64,000 bases of DNA from an uncultured Gemmatimonadales bacterium (GTDB taxonomy: Bacteria; Gemmatimonadota; Gemmatimonadetes; Gemmatimonadales; GWC2-71-9). Every line of letters starts with the position of its first letter. Within the stretch, counting starts at the first letter, position 1. The stretch spans positions 480,001 through 544,000 of the forward strand of contig CAVSQW010000007.1 of NCBI GenBank assembly GCA_963730185.1, given 5' to 3'. Shown piece after piece: positions 43,236 to 53,427 of the stretch. Under the pieces are notes generated by a model. The model made no database searches. It was not told the DNA's origin and saw nothing but the letters and a program-made list of their open reading frames with translations. Made by a program: the position numbers and the translations under genes.

Positions 43236-44015
43236 ATGGCAACCAGCACGGCGCCGGCAGTCTGGTGGGTCTACGTCCTGGCCGGGGCGGTGACGGTCAT
43301 CTTCACCGCGACGGTCGTCGGGGTCATCGTGTTCGCGCAGCGACGCCAAGTCGAGCAGAGCCAGCGGTTCAGCCAGGGCTTGGTCGAGGCCCAGGAGGCG
43401 GAGCGGGCCCGGATCGCCCGGGAGCTCCACGACGACATCATCCAGCGGATCGCCCTGATCGGCGGCGAAGTGACCGAGCTGGGCCGGGTGATTCCCGATC
43501 CCCCGCCGATCGTGCACCAGCGCCTGGAGGGCCTCCGCGACGAGCTCCGCGACCTCGCCGACGAGGTCCGCTCCATGGCCCGCCGAGCCCATCCCTCCAT
43601 CCTGGATCACCTCGGGCTCTTCAAGGCGCTCCAGAGCCTCGCTGGCGAGATGCGGATTTCCGACGGACTCGACGTGACGCTCGATCTCGACCTCGACGAC
43701 GGCCAGAACGGTCTGCCGTCGCCTGCGGCACTCTCCCTCTATCGGGTGGCGCAGGAGGGGCTTCGAAACGTTGCCCGGCACGCCGGGACCGGGGCGGCGG
43801 TCCTCCGGGCCGGCCGTCGCGATCGGGGAGTGTTCGTCGAGGTGCAGGATGAAGGCGTCGGGAGCTCGCCCGGCGATCGCGACGGCCGCGGCCTCGGACT
43901 CCGGGGGTTGTCGGAGCGGCTTCGGGCCGTCAAAGGGCAGCTGAGCCTCGACAGCGAACCGGGACGGGGCACCCGCCTCACCGCCTGGGTTTCCGAACGG
44001 ACGAACGACTCATGA
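43236..44015 (+). CDS. HisKA_3 histidine kinase, single TM, no sensor domain
   Basis: QEAERARIARELHDDIIQ, YRVAQEGLRNVARHA, DEGVG, GLGL. Confidence 0.92.
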   Translation: MATSTAPAVWWVYVLAGAVTVIFTATVVGVIVFAQRRQVEQSQRFSQGLVEAQEAERARIARELHDDIIQRIALIGGEVTELGRVIPDPPPIVHQRLEGLRDELRDLADEVRSMARRAHPSILDHLGLFKALQSLAGEMRISDGLDVTLDLDLDDGQNGLPSPAALSLYRVAQEGLRNVARHAGTGAAVLRAGRRDRGVFVEVQDEGVGSSPGDRDGRGLGLRGLSERLRAVKGQLSLDSEPGRGTRLTAWVSERTNDS

Positions 44016-44701
44016 CCCTTGCCGCCCGCATCCTCCTGGTCGACGACCACCCGCTCGTGTGCCAGGGGCTCAAGGCGATTCTCGAGCCGACCCACCACGT
44101 CGTGGGAATGGTGCACGACGGAACCGAAGTGATGGACGCGGTCCGCGCGCTGAGCCCCAACCTGGTGCTCCTGGACCTCGGCTTGCCTGGGCGGCTCGGT
44201 CTCGACGTCTGTCGTGACATCCGGGCGGCCTTCCCGGGCATCAAGGTGCTGGTGGTGAGCATGCAGGCCGAGCGGATCTACGCCGAAGAAGCGCTGCGGG
44301 CGGGGGCGGCCGGCTTCCTGGTGAAGCTCTCGTCCGACAAGGACGTCCTCACCGCCGTCGCCGAGGTGATGGCGGGGCGCCCCTACCGGAACGCCAAGCT
44401 CGAGGTCCGGACCCGGCCGGCCCAGACCGAGCGCCACGCCACCGCCAGCGGGCGGCTCCGCGATCCCCTGGAGATGCTCTCCCACCGCCAGCGTCAGGTG
44501 TTCGTCCTGATGGGACAGGGGAAGACGACCCAGGAGATCGCCGAGGCGCTCGGGGTGGGCGTCAAGACGGTCGAGTTCCACCGGGCCGCGATGGAAAAGG
44601 CGCTCGGCATCAAGAGTGCGCGGGCCCTGATGCGCCTCAGCATGGAGCGGATGAGCGAGCCGGGCGCACCCACCCTCGACGAGCTGGATCGCTCCGACTA
44701 G
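44012..44701 (+). CDS. NarL/FixJ family response regulator (REC + LuxR HTH)
   Basis: LVDDHPLV, LLDLGLP, GFLVK, LSHRQRQV..EIAEALGVGVKTVEFHR; ATGA overlap with the kinase. Confidence 0.93.
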   Translation: MTLAARILLVDDHPLVCQGLKAILEPTHHVVGMVHDGTEVMDAVRALSPNLVLLDLGLPGRLGLDVCRDIRAAFPGIKVLVVSMQAERIYAEEALRAGAAGFLVKLSSDKDVLTAVAEVMAGRPYRNAKLEVRTRPAQTERHATASGRLRDPLEMLSHRQRQVFVLMGQGKTTQEIAEALGVGVKTVEFHRAAMEKALGIKSARALMRLSMERMSEPGAPTLDELDRSD

Positions 44702-44768
44702 GGATTTCCCCAGGGCGAGTGACCAGGGTTTGTCCCAACTGGTTGCTGGCGCCCGCGATTCCTATCCT
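44698..44768 (+). promoter_or_regulatory. Second tandem-box promoter (CTAGGGATTTCCCCAG / CCAGGGTTTGTCCCAA; -10 TATCCT)
   Basis: Boxes at 44698 and 44723; -10 at 44763; same 25 and 40 bp offsets as at 43103. Confidence 0.7.
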
Positions 44769-44814
44769 GTGACGGTCACGAGAGCACTACCGCCGTCCAC
44801 GAAGGAGTCGCCCG

Positions 44815-45228
44815 ATGTCAGCCACCGTCGAGATGGTCACCGTGGAAACCCTCCCCTGCCGGGCCTGCGGCCGGCAGCACCGCCTCCGACTCGCGCTGGT
44901 CGCGGCCGATCCGTCCGATCAGGATATCACCCTCGGGTTCTTCGGCCGGTGTCCCGACCTGGGGCGGAAGAGCTGGATGGTGATCGCCGTCCCGGTGGCC
45001 GCGGACGGTGCCTCGCGGCTGCTCCGGATGGGCCCGCCGGATCAGGACGGCTGGGAGCCGGACGATCTCGAGTCCATTCGCCGGGCCGTGGCGGTCGACG
45101 CGGTGCTCGGCCGCCGTCCCTCCCCCCGCCCCGCGCCGCCGCCCCCTCGCCCGCGTCCCGGCGACGGGTACCGCCGGATCCCGGTTCCCGATCTCCTCCG
45201 CCGGGCCCTCGGGTGCCCGATGGGCTGA
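44815..45228 (+). CDS. Hypothetical Cys-containing protein (CRACGRQH...C)
   Basis: AAGGAG RBS; follows the tandem-box promoter. Confidence 0.6.
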   Translation: MSATVEMVTVETLPCRACGRQHRLRLALVAADPSDQDITLGFFGRCPDLGRKSWMVIAVPVAADGASRLLRMGPPDQDGWEPDDLESIRRAVAVDAVLGRRPSPRPAPPPPRPRPGDGYRRIPVPDLLRRALGCPMG

Positions 45229-45415
45229 ACCACTGGCGTCACCCCCCGGCGTGGCCGCTCGGCCGCGCCTCGAATCCGGCCGGGCACGTTGCCTTGCCGG
45301 ATTCGTCTCGTTCGGTTTGCATTCCCGCGCGGCGCCGGCACGGCGGTTGCGCAGCCGCGGTTTCGGGAAGCACCGTCGGTTCATTCAACGTTCATTCGGG
45401 CGGCGTGTCGATCTC

Positions 45416-46426
45416 ATGGCGATTCTGGTAACCGGCGGGGCGGGGTACATTGGCAGCCACGCGTGTCTCGAGCTGCTCCGGGCGGGCCACGAGGTGGTGG
45501 TGGTGGACAACCTGAGCAACAGCCGCGAAGACGCGGTCCATCGGGTGGAGCGTCTGGCCGGCAAGCGGCTGGCGTTCCACCGGGTGGACATCCGGGACCG
45601 GGCCGGTCTCGAGGCGGTGTTCGCCGGGGCGTCGATCGATTCGGTGATGCACTTCGCCGGGCTCAAGGCCGTCGGGGAGTCGGTGGGGCAGCCGCTTCGG
45701 TACTTCGACAACAACATCACCGGCACGATCGTCCTGCTCGAGGTGATGAAGCAGCACGCCGTCAAGACGCTGGTGTTCAGCTCGTCGGCGACGGTCTACG
45801 GGGATCCGGCGAGCGTCCCGATTCGGGAGGACTTTCCGCTCTCGGCCTACAACCCCTACGGGCGTTCGAAGCTCTTCATCGAGGACATGCTGCGGGACCT
45901 GGTCCGCGCCGAGCCCGATTGGCGGGTCGCGCTGCTCCGCTACTTCAACCCGACCGGGGCGGACCCGAGCGGGGACATCGGCGAGGACCCCAACGGAATC
46001 CCCAACAACCTGGTACCGTACATCGCCCAGGTGGCGGTCGGGAAGTTGGAGGAGTTGCCGGTCTACGGGGGCGACTACCCCACTCGGGACGGCACCGGGG
46101 TCCGTGACTACATCCACGTGACCGATCTGGTGCTCGGCCACCTCAAGGCGCTGGAGAAGCTGGCCCGGGGGCCGGGCGTCGTGACCTACAATCTGGGTAC
46201 CGGCCAGGGCTACAGCGTGCTGGATGTGATCCACGCCTTCGAGCGGGCGGCGGGTAAGCCGATCGCCCATCGGATCGTCGACCGCCGGCCGGGGGATGCC
46301 GCCGAGTGCTGGGCCGATCCGTCGCTGGCCGGGCGCGAGCTGGGCTGGACGGCGACCCGCGACCTCGACGTGATGTGCGCCGACGTCTGGCGCTGGCAGA
46401 CCCAGAACCCGAACGGGTACGCCTAA
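45416..46426 (+). CDS. galE: UDP-glucose 4-epimerase
   Basis: TGGAGYIGSH, FAGLKAVGES, FSSSATVYG, YGRSK, LRYFNP, GTGVRDYIHV. Confidence 0.97.
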   Translation: MAILVTGGAGYIGSHACLELLRAGHEVVVVDNLSNSREDAVHRVERLAGKRLAFHRVDIRDRAGLEAVFAGASIDSVMHFAGLKAVGESVGQPLRYFDNNITGTIVLLEVMKQHAVKTLVFSSSATVYGDPASVPIREDFPLSAYNPYGRSKLFIEDMLRDLVRAEPDWRVALLRYFNPTGADPSGDIGEDPNGIPNNLVPYIAQVAVGKLEELPVYGGDYPTRDGTGVRDYIHVTDLVLGHLKALEKLARGPGVVTYNLGTGQGYSVLDVIHAFERAAGKPIAHRIVDRRPGDAAECWADPSLAGRELGWTATRDLDVMCADVWRWQTQNPNGYA

Positions 46427-47442
46427 CGATCCTCGTCGCCGGCCCGCCGATCGGGCCGCGCGACCAACCGGTCGGGCCGCTCGACCAACCGGTCGAGCTG
46501 CTCGACCAGCCGGTCCGTCTTTCGGAAGAACTGGTCGGGCGTCTCGGTCGGGATGAATCGGGCCGAGAGCGGTCTGAGCACCGGCGCGAATCCGGTCGAG
46601 CGGGTTGGGTCGGCCGCTCCATCGTTCCAGGTCAGCGCGACCGTCCCTACCCCCAGCACCGCCGTGGCCGCGGCCGCTACCCGCCAGCGCCGGGCCCGCT
46701 CCCATTCCGTCGCCAGCCCCAGGTGCCCGGCCACGAGCAGGGCGCCCAGGCCGAGGGCCGAGACCGCGCCGCCCCAGGGCACCACCCCGGCGTCCGGCGC
46801 CAGGAATCCGGCCCAGGCCATCGCTCCGCTTACCGCCAGGGCGCCCACCGCGACCAGGGCGACCCAGGCCAGGTGGGCGGTGAACCGGAACTGGTGCAGC
46901 GCGAGTCGGGTGACCAGGGCCCAGGCGCCGGCCCAGGTGGCGCCCAGGAGCAGGGCCCAGGCGGTGGGCGGGAGGAGCGAGCCGACGGTGACCGCCTCGG
47001 TGTCGTCGAGACCGAGGAGGAAGGCCACCACCGTGAACCCCACGGCGGCCAGCAGCGTCGCCCGGACCGGGCTCAGAAGCACAGCGCCCAGCCACGACAC
47101 CCGACGCCGGTCGGGCAGGGCCGGGGGCACGGCCTCGTCGGGCCCCACGAACCGAAGGGTGGTCCGGCCGATCCGGAGCGCGAGCCCGGGGCGGAGCGGA
47201 CCCGACGACCACCGGTGCTCGCCGGTCCAGGTGCCGTTGGTTGACCCGGGGTCGGACACCATCAGTGCGCCGGTCTCCGGGTCGGGGCCGAGCACCAGAT
47301 GCCGGGCGTCCACGTAGGGGTCGTCGACGATCAGGTCGTTGTCGTAGCCCCGGCCGACGGTCAGCCGATCGGCGGTGAGGCGGTGGCGCAGGCGGACCCG
47401 GCCCCGATGGTCGACCACCTCGACGATCACGGGGTCGCCCAT
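46423..47442 (-). CDS. FHA domain membrane protein
   Basis: VGRGYDNDL..DPYVDARH..GSTNGT FHA motifs, then about 5 TM helices. Confidence 0.85.
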   Translation of the reverse strand: MGDPVIVEVVDHRGRVRLRHRLTADRLTVGRGYDNDLIVDDPYVDARHLVLGPDPETGALMVSDPGSTNGTWTGEHRWSSGPLRPGLALRIGRTTLRFVGPDEAVPPALPDRRRVSWLGAVLLSPVRATLLAAVGFTVVAFLLGLDDTEAVTVGSLLPPTAWALLLGATWAGAWALVTRLALHQFRFTAHLAWVALVAVGALAVSGAMAWAGFLAPDAGVVPWGGAVSALGLGALLVAGHLGLATEWERARRWRVAAAATAVLGVGTVALTWNDGAADPTRSTGFAPVLRPLSARFIPTETPDQFFRKTDRLVEQLDRLVERPDRLVARPDRRAGDEDR

Positions 47443-48712
47443 CGGATCCTCGTCAGGTACTCGCGGGCGATGCGCTGAGCGTTCGCGAAGCTCACCCCGG
47501 AGAGGGAGAGGGTGGTGATCAGCCCGACGTCGCGAGCCCCGAGCACCGCGGCCCGGACCGTGGCGTCGTAGAGGTCGGGGAAGTCGAGATAGCGGCGGGC
47601 GCAGAACACGGTCCGGAGCACGATTCCCTGCTCCCGGAGGTTGCCGGTGCGGCACCGCTCGGCGGTGACCTCGCCGCCAGGGTCGGGGGCGTCGTCGGCG
47701 TCGTCGTCGGAGCGATCGGCGAACAGGGCCGAGTAGAAGGCGTAGAACCGAACCGGCCCCATCCCCCGGCTGGTGAGCAACACGTGGCGCATCGTCACGA
47801 TCCCCGACGACTGATCGCTCCCGAGGAAGATGTAGTCGTCGGTCGAGCACTCGTGGGTCACCCGCTCGTAGAGCGCGTCCGCGGGCCGGTCGGCATCGCC
47901 CCAGCAGCGGAAGAACGGCGCGGGTTGGGTGGGCAGCTCGAACGGGCCCAGCCGGACGGTATGGTCCCCTTCGGCGAAGAGCGAGGCGAGGTAGACGTCC
48001 TGGTTGGCCAGGACCTGGTCACCCACCTCCTGGAGGAGGTCCTCGGCGGGAGTCGGGTCGGTCGCGGCCCGGGCCACCAGGGCGCGGACCCGGTCGGCCG
48101 GCACCAGGAAGCTGACCGAGTTCCCCTCGGTCGAGACGTTGACACCGATGACCCGGCCGTCCGCGGTCAGGGCGGGGCCGCCGCTCATCCCGGGGTTGAG
48201 CGGACCGGTGAAGTGAATCTTGGGGTAGAGGGTGTGCTCGAGCAGGCCGTTGTAGGTGCCTTCGACGATGCTCAGGCCCAGGTCCTTGGGGTGTCCCAGC
48301 GAGTAGAGTCGGGTCCCCTTGGGAATCACGGCGCCGGCGACGGCGAAGAACCGGCCGGTGGGCCGGTCGGTCGCCAGCACCGCGAGATCGGCCACCACGT
48401 CGAGTGCCACGACCCGGGCGGGTCGCCCCGGTCCTTCGGCGGAATCCACTCCGCCCGGTACCGGTCGGGATCGTGGACGGTCTCGGCGACGACGTGATAA
48501 TTGGTGAGCAGGAGCCCACTGGCGCTCACGAAGAAGGCGGTGCCGAGCGACGTCTTGGCGCCGGAGCCGACCTCGGACACCTCCACCTTCACCACCCGAT
48601 CGGCATAGCGGCGAAAGACCTCGGCCGAGGCTTCGCTGCCGGATTGGGCGGTGAGGGAGGAACAGGGCAGGAGTCCGGCGACGAGGACGAGCCAAGCCCG
48701 TCCCGCGCTCAT
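47427..48712 (-). CDS. Secreted trypsin-like serine protease with Cys-rich C-terminal domain (frameshift at about 48415-48450)
   Basis: Signal peptide and TNYHV in one frame; DLAVL and GMSGGP in ORF 47427-48695. Confidence 0.8.
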
Positions 48713-50137
48713 GGGGTGCCGCCGCGTCGGGTCCAGATCAGGATGATCGCGCACCCGTTGCCGACCGACTGGAACTCGGCCGGAATGCCGCCCGGGCCCT
48801 GGTAGATCTCGATGCCTTTGACTTCCTCGGGGAGCACCGGGGAGTCCGACCCCCAGGTCGGGGTCCAGCGGGATCCTGACCCGGTCGAGGAAGACGACCG
48901 GCCGGCAGGTGGCGTTGAAGCCGGCCCCGCCCCGGGTGGAGAGGATGTCGTAGTCGGCGGCCCCGACCGGCTCGACCTTGATCCCCGGGACCGTCTTGAA
49001 GAGATCCTCGATCCGGATCGTGCCCCGGCGGAGGATGTCGTTCCGCCCGATGAAGTAGCCGCCCAGACCGCGCTCTCGCCGGACCTCGAAGCCGGTCGGA
49101 TCGTTGGCCGCGTTGGAGCTGGTGACGGTGAGCTCGGGGAGCTCGAACGGAAGCCGGGCCAGCGTCAGGTCGGCCGTCCGCTGTCCGTCGGGGGTCAGGC
49201 TCACCCCGACCTGGCCTCGCCGGAAGCCGATGGCCCGGGCCTCGATGGTCTCGGTGCCGGCCCGGAGGCCGTTGAGGAGGAACCGTCCCGACGAGTCGGT
49301 CCGGACGCCGGAGGGTCGGCCGAGCAGGCCCACCAGAGCGCCCGGAATCGGGCGGCCGGCGGGGTCTCGGACCGAGCCCGTGACCCGGGCGGTGCCCGGG
49401 CTGGTGGTGTCGCTCACGTCGAGACTCACGTTCCGGACGGCGAGGTCCCTTCCGGAGAGATCGACCGCGAGCAGCGCCCGGGCGATGCCGGCGCTGTCGG
49501 TGGAGGTCAGGAGTACGGGGACGTCGTTCGGCACGCCGCAGAGCTGATAGCGCCCGCCCGGGTCGGTCAGGGCGTTGATGATCTTGGGCCGCTTCACGAC
49601 GCCGTGGGTCTTGTCCAATGTGGTCTCGGTCCACTCGCCTCGGACCCGTCCTCGAGCGAGGGGCTGGTCGCCCCCGGCGCGGGTGAGGCGACCGAGAAGC
49701 ACGCCGGTCTTCTCGGCGTGCGTCCCGGGACAGAGCCGGTCGTAGATGGTGCCGCCCGCCGGAGTGGCGAGCAGGACGGTGACGTCGATCCCGGCCCCGA
49801 GGGTGACGGTCCGCTCGGGCGGCGTGAAGCCGAGTGCCGTCAGGTCGGGATGGCTGTAGAGAAGGATGTAGGAGCCGGCGGGCACGGTGTCGAACCGGAA
49901 CACGCCCCGGGCGTCGGTGAGGGTGTGCCGCCCGAGCTCGAACAGCTCGACCCGGGCGCCCTCGAGTGGACCGGCCGTGAGGAGGCTGTCGTAGACGGTG
50001 CCCCGGATCGAGCCACGCGGCGTCTGGGCCAGCCCGGGGCCGGCGCCGAGCGTGAGCGCCAGCCCGAGCGCCGCGGCGACGGCCAGGACCTGCCTAACGA
50101 ACCCGGTCGAGCAGCGCGCGAACCCGCGGGAACGCAT
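48709..50137 (-). CDS. Carboxypeptidase-regulatory-like domain protein with TonB plug-like C-terminus (frameshift at about 48840)
   Basis: GTVYDS..TDARGVFRF and TDSSGRF repeats; tail PEEVKGIEIY..CAIILIWT restored by removing one C. Confidence 0.75.
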
Positions 50138-51404
50138 CCTCGATGTCCTGGAGGGAGACCGCCCCCACCGAGATCCGGAACCACCCGGTCTCGGCCTCGA
50201 GGCCGAACGCCTGGAACGGGACCACGGCCAACCCGGCGCCGTCGAGCAGGAGCTGCCGAATGTCCTCGTTGGACCGGATTGGCCGGCCGTCGATGCTCCG
50301 GCCGACCAGGTCGAGCTGGAGCGAGAGGTAGAGGGCGCCCTGCGGGTGAATGCAGTCGGCCCGATAGCCGTCCTTCCGGAGCGCCTGGAAGCCCTGGTAC
50401 AGGGCGTCGAGCCGGGCCTTGATCCCGGTGTGCATGGTGCGCCGGTACTCGGCGATGGCGGCCTCGTCGTTCAGGAACCGGGCCGTGCCGACCTGCTCGG
50501 GCCGGGGCGCCCAGGCCCCCACGTGGCCGAGGAAGTCCTTCATCCGGGCGATCACGGCCGGCGCGCCGACCGTCCACCCCACCCGGAGCCCGGTGCCGGC
50601 GAACGCCTTGGACACGCCGTCGAGCAGCATCGTCCAGGGGGCGGCCTCGGGGACCAACGCCACCGGATTGTGGTGCTGGGCGGGCGGGAAGGCGAGCGTG
50701 CCGTACATCTGGTCGAACAGCACGAAGAGCGGGCGCTCGCCGGCCGAGTGCCGGCGGGCGTTCTCGGCCACCACGGCTTCCATGATCCGGCGGAGCTCGT
50801 CTTCCGCCATCACGGTGCCGGTCGGGTTGGCGGGGGAGCAGAGGCAGATCAGCCGGGCCGAGGCCAGATGCGGCTCGAGCTGGGCCAGGGTCGGTTGGAA
50901 CCCGGTTTCCCGATCGGCCGCGACGGTGACGACCTTCGCCTCGGTCAGGGTGGAATAGTGGTCGTTGTTCCAGGAGGGCACGGGATACACCACCGTGTCG
51001 CCCCGATCGACCACCGTCCGGAAAAACGCATAGATCCCGGGCCGCCCGCCCCCGGCGATCAGGATCGACTCCACGGGATAGGCGACGCCCTGCTCGCGCT
51101 CCAGATAGGCCCGGACGGCCTGGCGGAGCGCCATGACGCCGTCCGAAGGCGGGTAGTTCGTCTCGCCGGCCTCCAGAGCGGCCTCGATGGCCCGCCGGAG
51201 GGCGTCCGGGATCGGGAACTGTTTGGCGTCGAAATCGCCGACCGTCAGGTTGCAGACCGGCTTGCCGGCCGCGATCATGGCGCGGACGGTGGCGGCGATT
51301 TTGAGGATGGACGACCCGCGGAGCCGACGGGACATGGCCGACAGCGACTGATCGAGCTCCGCCTGGTTGCCGAAATCGAGTGCGGGGGAGGCGGTCGAGG
51401 TCAT
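50094..51404 (-). CDS. Aminotransferase class I/II
   Basis: YPPSDG, CSPANPTG, DQMY, GVSKAFAGTGLRVGW, FRISVG. Confidence 0.9.
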   Translation of the reverse strand: MTSTASPALDFGNQAELDQSLSAMSRRLRGSSILKIAATVRAMIAAGKPVCNLTVGDFDAKQFPIPDALRRAIEAALEAGETNYPPSDGVMALRQAVRAYLEREQGVAYPVESILIAGGGRPGIYAFFRTVVDRGDTVVYPVPSWNNDHYSTLTEAKVVTVAADRETGFQPTLAQLEPHLASARLICLCSPANPTGTVMAEDELRRIMEAVVAENARRHSAGERPLFVLFDQMYGTLAFPPAQHHNPVALVPEAAPWTMLLDGVSKAFAGTGLRVGWTVGAPAVIARMKDFLGHVGAWAPRPEQVGTARFLNDEAAIAEYRRTMHTGIKARLDALYQGFQALRKDGYRADCIHPQGALYLSLQLDLVGRSIDGRPIRSNEDIRQLLLDGAGLAVVPFQAFGLEAETGWFRISVGAVSLQDIEDAFPRVRALLDRVR

Positions 51405-51533
51405 GGCCGAATCTACACACTTCTCGGGGAGCGGGGTAAGCCGCCCAGCGTTGGCGGCGAGGGGACTGTAGTTTTCCGGTCTGGCCCGCTTCGGTGGCCG
51501 GCTCTCATTTCAGCGTTTCCGAGGAGGTTGCTC

Positions 51534-52865
51534 GTGTCGCGATCGGCATTCGTGCTCGGTCTCATCGTGATGGTGGCGTCGTCCGCCCAGGCCCAGCGCC
51601 GGGGCGACGACCACACCGCGGGGATCGACGCCCAGGTCGCCAAGGTCATGCCTCAGGTGGTGGCCTGGCGGGAGGACATCCATCAGCATCCGGAGCTCAG
51701 CAACCGCGAGTTCCGCACCTCCAAGCTGGTCGCCGACCATCTCCGGAGCCTGGGACTCGAGGTCCGGACCGGGATCGCCAAGACGGGCGTCGTCGGGATC
51801 CTCAAGGGCGGAAGGCCGGGGCCGGTGGTGGCGCTCCGGGCCGACATGGATGCTCTGCCCGTGACCGAGCAGGTCGACCTGCCGTTCAAGTCGACCGTCA
51901 AGGCGACGTACAACGGGATGGAGGTCGGGGTGATGCACGCCTGCGGCCACGACAACCACGTCGCCATCCTGCTGGGCACCGCGACGGTGCTGGCCGGAAT
52001 GAAGGACAAAGTGCCGGGCACGGTGATGTTCGTGTTCCAGCCGGCGGAGGAGGGGGCGCCCGCGGGCGAGGAGGGCGGTGCCTCGCTGATGATGAAGGAC
52101 GGGGTGTTCAACGATCCGACGCCGAGTGCGGTGTTCGGCCTCCACGTCTGGCCCGACCGGGTCGGGACCATCACCTACCGCTCCGGCAGCACCCTGGCCG
52201 CGGCCGACTGGCTCAGCATCAAGGTCAAGGGCCGCCAGACCCACGGCGCCGTCCCCTGGGGCGGGGTCGACCCGATCGTGGTGTCGTCACAGATCATCAT
52301 GGCGCTTCAGACCATCACGTCGCGCCAGGTCGACATCACCAAGTACCCGGCGATCGTCACCATCGGCCAGATCGTGGGCGGCAACCGGGGCAACATCATC
52401 CCCGACAGCGTGATGATGTACGGCACCATCCGGACCTTCGATGAGGACATGCGGAAGGAGATCCACGCCCGGATCAAGCGGATCGCCGAGGACATCGCGG
52501 CCAGCGCCGGCGCGACGGCCGAGGTGACCATCCCGCCCTACGGGCTGGTGACCTACAACGATCCGGCCCTCACCGCCCGGATGGTGCCGACCCTCGAGCG
52601 GGTGGCGGGTAAGGACAACGTGTCGGTCGGCCAGCTGACCACCGGTTCCGAAGACTTCCCGGAGTACACCCGGACCATTCCGGGCCTCTACTTCTTCCTC
52701 GGGGTCACCCCGGCGGACCAGGACCCGGCCAAAGCGGCCAAGAACCACTCGCCCTACTTCTTCGCCGACGAGGCGGCGCTGCCGGTCGGCGTCAAGGCGA
52801 TGACCAACCTGGCGCTCGACTACCTCCGCTCGGGCGGTGTCGGCAAGGCGGCGGGTGGTCGTTAG
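51534..52865 (+). CDS. M20 family amidohydrolase, secreted
   Basis: HQHPELS, LRADMDALP, MHACGHD, FQPAEEG, SEDF, NHSP. Confidence 0.92.
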   Translation: MSRSAFVLGLIVMVASSAQAQRRGDDHTAGIDAQVAKVMPQVVAWREDIHQHPELSNREFRTSKLVADHLRSLGLEVRTGIAKTGVVGILKGGRPGPVVALRADMDALPVTEQVDLPFKSTVKATYNGMEVGVMHACGHDNHVAILLGTATVLAGMKDKVPGTVMFVFQPAEEGAPAGEEGGASLMMKDGVFNDPTPSAVFGLHVWPDRVGTITYRSGSTLAAADWLSIKVKGRQTHGAVPWGGVDPIVVSSQIIMALQTITSRQVDITKYPAIVTIGQIVGGNRGNIIPDSVMMYGTIRTFDEDMRKEIHARIKRIAEDIAASAGATAEVTIPPYGLVTYNDPALTARMVPTLERVAGKDNVSVGQLTTGSEDFPEYTRTIPGLYFFLGVTPADQDPAKAAKNHSPYFFADEAALPVGVKAMTNLALDYLRSGGVGKAAGGR

Positions 52866-52881
52866 TCGGCTCCCGGGCCCG

Positions 52882-53427
52882 ATGGCGAGCTCGCCCGACC
52901 GGATGACCCTCACGCTGGTTCCCGTGGGCTTGGAGCACGCGGAGCGGATCCAGGCCCTCGCGAGCCATCCCGAGATCGTGGCCACGACCCGGCTCCCCGA
53001 TCCCTACCCGGCCGACGGCGCGCTCGAGTTCCTCCGGTACGTCATGCCGAGACATGCCGAGGGCTCCGAGTACGCCTTCGCCGTGATCGACGAGCGCGTG
53101 GGGCTGGTCGGCACTTGCGGCCTCCACCACGTGGTCCGGGAACGGGGTGAGGCCGAGCTCGGCTTCTGGGTCGGGCGGCCCTACTGGGGACGGGGCTTCG
53201 CATCGGCCGCCGCCCGCCTCGGAGTGGCGCTGGCGTTCGGCGCGCTCGGGTTCGACCGGCTCGTGGCGCACGCGCTCAGTGACAACGTCGCGTCCCGTCG
53301 GGTCCTCGAGCGCGCCGGGTTCACGCTGGATCGTTACGATACCCACCGGTTGCCCAAGTGGCCGGTGGAGCGGGAGCTGGCGCTCTACCAGCTGACGCGG
53401 GCCGGCTGGCGGAAGGGACAGGGATGA
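52882..53427 (+). CDS. GNAT (RimJ/RimL) N-acetyltransferase
   Basis: ELGFWVGRPYWGRGFAS, NVASRRVLERAGF. Confidence 0.88.
   Translation: MASSPDRMTLTLVPVGLEHAERIQALASHPEIVATTRLPDPYPADGALEFLRYVMPRHAEGSEYAFAVIDERVGLVGTCGLHHVVRERGEAELGFWVGRPYWGRGFASAAARLGVALAFGALGFDRLVAHALSDNVASRRVLERAGFTLDRYDTHRLPKWPVERELALYQLTRAGWRKGQG

Noticed and set aside
39172..45300. Genomic island integrated at tRNA-Lys
   Set aside because: No integrase, no repeat of the tRNA 3' end noticed, composition similar to the flanks
48326..50137. 603-aa ORF as one protein
   Set aside because: Chimera of two genes joined by indels
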